Shown here piece after piece: positions 38,175 to 39,530 of a stretch of 39,530 nucleotides of DNA. The translations under genes were made by a program, and so were the position numbers. This DNA comes from a virus (taxonomy: Duplodnaviria; Caudoviricetes): the IMG/VR virus record IMGVR_UViG_3300037634_001012, positions 1-39,530 of that record; one strand, given 5' to 3'. The notes beneath the pieces were generated by a model. It was not told the DNA's origin, did no database searches, and saw only the letters and a list, made by a program, of their open reading frames with translations. The number at the start of each line of letters is the position of its first letter. Within the stretch, counting starts at the first letter, position 1.

Positions 38175-38597
38175 ATGGCAACAACAGCAACAATAAGTAT
38201 ATCTTCAGATATAGCCCCAGGTTTTGGTGGAATTAGCGAGTCAATGACGTTAACACAAGCTGGAACACTTACAGATATAGATAGCACAACGGGGTTTCAA
38301 ATAAGAAAATTATCAGCAACAGGCGCGGTAGATTTAGTGACAATGGCTAGTGAGCTAGTAGAACCAAAAGACAGTGTAGCGGCAAAAATATACATTAGAA
38401 ACATTGGATACAAAGGTGATATTGATAAATCAACTGGGGTTACAATTGGTGTAAAAGCAGAATCTATTGGTATGCTTTATGGTGGTGATTGGATGATGAT
38501 GCCTCTTACTTGTATAGACGCGGATGACATTACGGTAAATCCAGAAAATGATAATACTGTAGTTATAGAATACGTGTTATTCTACGAAGAAGCATAA
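38175..38597 (+). CDS. Small structural protein, paralog 3 (MATT family)
   Basis: MATTATIS start; IYIRN and IGMLYGGDWMMMP motifs. Confidence 0.6.
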   Translation: MATTATISISSDIAPGFGGISESMTLTQAGTLTDIDSTTGFQIRKLSATGAVDLVTMASELVEPKDSVAAKIYIRNIGYKGDIDKSTGVTIGVKAESIGMLYGGDWMMMPLTCIDADDITVNPENDNTVVIEYVLFYEEA

Positions 38598-38603
38598 TAA
38601 ATC

Positions 38604-38927
38604 ATGCCTAAGTTCTACAATATAAAGGGAGCTTCCGTGACTGGTGGGCAATTAACAACAGAACTAATAAAACCTTCAGAAGAGTTTAACGTGAAATCCG
38701 TATCGCTAGCTAACGTTCACGCCACGATTAGCGCTGCGATATCATTATTTATTCAAGATAACCCAACGTCTGGAACCACTAATACATATAAAATTCTTAG
38801 TACAGTAGCTGTGCCGCCAAGTGCCACTTTGTTTTTAGACAATCCCTCTATGTTCAAATTTGGCGAGGAGTTTGGGTTATATATTACAGTTGGTGATGAT
38901 GACATAGTAGATATAATAATAAGTTAA
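38604..38927 (+). CDS. Small beta-rich putative virion protein
   Basis: 107 aa, beta-strand pattern (VKSVSLANV...VAVPPSATL); adjacent to the paralog cluster. Confidence 0.5.
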   Translation: MPKFYNIKGASVTGGQLTTELIKPSEEFNVKSVSLANVHATISAAISLFIQDNPTSGTTNTYKILSTVAVPPSATLFLDNPSMFKFGEEFGLYITVGDDDIVDIIIS

Positions 38928-38937
38928 ATAAAATAAT

Positions 38938-39393
38938 ATGATAAGTAAACACATTTCATATAAGGAAGGTGTGTATAGCACAACGGCAACGCGCCGAGGA
39001 ATAGACAACAATCCAAACGACGAACAATTAGCTAACATGGAATTAATAGCTGAAAAAGTATTTGAACCCCTTAGGGAATGGGTTGATGGACCTATAAAAG
39101 TAAATAGTTTTTTTAGATCTGTAGATCTTAATAAAGCAATTGGAGGAAGTAGTAAATCCCAACATTGTCATGGTCAAGCAATTGATATAGACGACACATT
39201 CGGAGTTGTTGCCAATAGTGATATGTATAACTATATCAAAAACAATTTAGACTTTGATCAAATGATTTGGGAGTTTGGAGATGATGACAATCCTAATTGG
39301 GTGCATGTTAGTTATGTTTCTGAGGAAGATAATAGAAGAAGGTGTTTAAGGGCTAAAAGAAAAGATGGTAAAACTACTTATAGTATTATATAA
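38938..39393 (+). CDS. Endolysin, peptidase M15 family (Zn D-Ala-D-Ala carboxypeptidase-like)
   Basis: SFFRS..LNKAIGGS..SQHCHGQAIDI...WVHVSY: the SxH-x6-D...H zinc ligand pattern of M15A/M15_3. Confidence 0.9.
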   Translation: MISKHISYKEGVYSTTATRRGIDNNPNDEQLANMELIAEKVFEPLREWVDGPIKVNSFFRSVDLNKAIGGSSKSQHCHGQAIDIDDTFGVVANSDMYNYIKNNLDFDQMIWEFGDDDNPNWVHVSYVSEEDNRRRCLRAKRKDGKTTYSII

Positions 39394-39530
39394 TGAAATG
39401 GATAGGTTTTCGCCCACTTACATCGACGTATGTTCACACTCAAAGTAGTATATCTCACACTTGGGTTATTACTCATAATTTAGACAAACATCCATCGGTA
39501 ACAGTTGTAGATACAGGAGATACAGTGGTA
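39393..39530 (+). CDS. Partial ORF (3' truncated), small tail/fibre-associated protein
   Basis: ATG overlaps the endolysin stop (TAATG); MKWIGFRPLTSTYVHTQSSISHTWVITHNLDKHPSVTVVDTGDTVV, with a W-x-I-x-HNL...PSVTVVD motif seen in phage tail proteins. Not in the ORF track. Confidence 0.6.
   Translation, partial: MKWIGFRPLTSTYVHTQSSISHTWVITHNLDKHPSVTVVDTGDTVV

Noticed and set aside
734-38287. Numerous short minus-strand and alternate-frame ORFs (e.g. 24294-24989, 16343-16735, 14083-14403, 33846-34172)
   Set aside because: They are shadows of long + strand genes, with Ser/Phe/Ile-biased antisense composition and no recognisable motifs.
1-39530. Alternative genetic code (stop-codon reassignment as in some crAss-like phages)
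   Set aside because: Standard code gives near-complete coding density with 10-11 kb uninterrupted ORFs; TAG is used as a stop (e.g. 9352, 24788).
1-39530. CRISPR array, tRNA, DGR template/variable repeat, integrase or IS element
   Set aside because: Intergenic gaps are all short; I saw no spaced repeats, cloverleaf, reverse transcriptase, transposase or adenine-specific repeat pair by eye. A computational scan would be needed to exclude them fully.

Overview
This window is a single + strand, AT-rich, densely packed late (virion morphogenesis) operon of a tailed dsDNA bacteriophage with podovirus-like architecture. Gene order: terminase large subunit (5' truncated), portal, scaffold, major capsid protein, a conserved head-region protein, two tail ring/adaptor proteins, a 3317-aa tail nozzle/'stabilization' protein, two tail accessory genes, a GNAT-fold protein, three probable ejection (internal virion) proteins of 444, 680 and 3797 aa, four small membrane/secreted proteins, three tandem paralogous 'MATT' proteins plus one small protein, an M15-family endolysin, and a truncated final ORF. 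A/T-rich leaders with no obvious Shine-Dalgarno sequences and the tail gene layout suggest a Bacteroidota (Flavobacteriia-like) phage with crAss-like tail organisation (inference). The most interesting part is the ejection module. The 444-aa protein ends in a very compact Hint domain with intein-like Cys1 and Asn/Ser+1 termini. The 3797-aa polyvalent protein carries an HExxH metallopeptidase, a possible sigma-region-2-like segment, a HAD phosphatase with a zeta-like P-loop kinase nested inside it, and a repeat-flanked cassette, with a recurring L[AT][SA]K[ND][LVI][NR] motif at apparent domain junctions. Together these suggest a self-processing, injected effector polyprotein system. All domain calls are by-eye motif recognition; no database searches were run.
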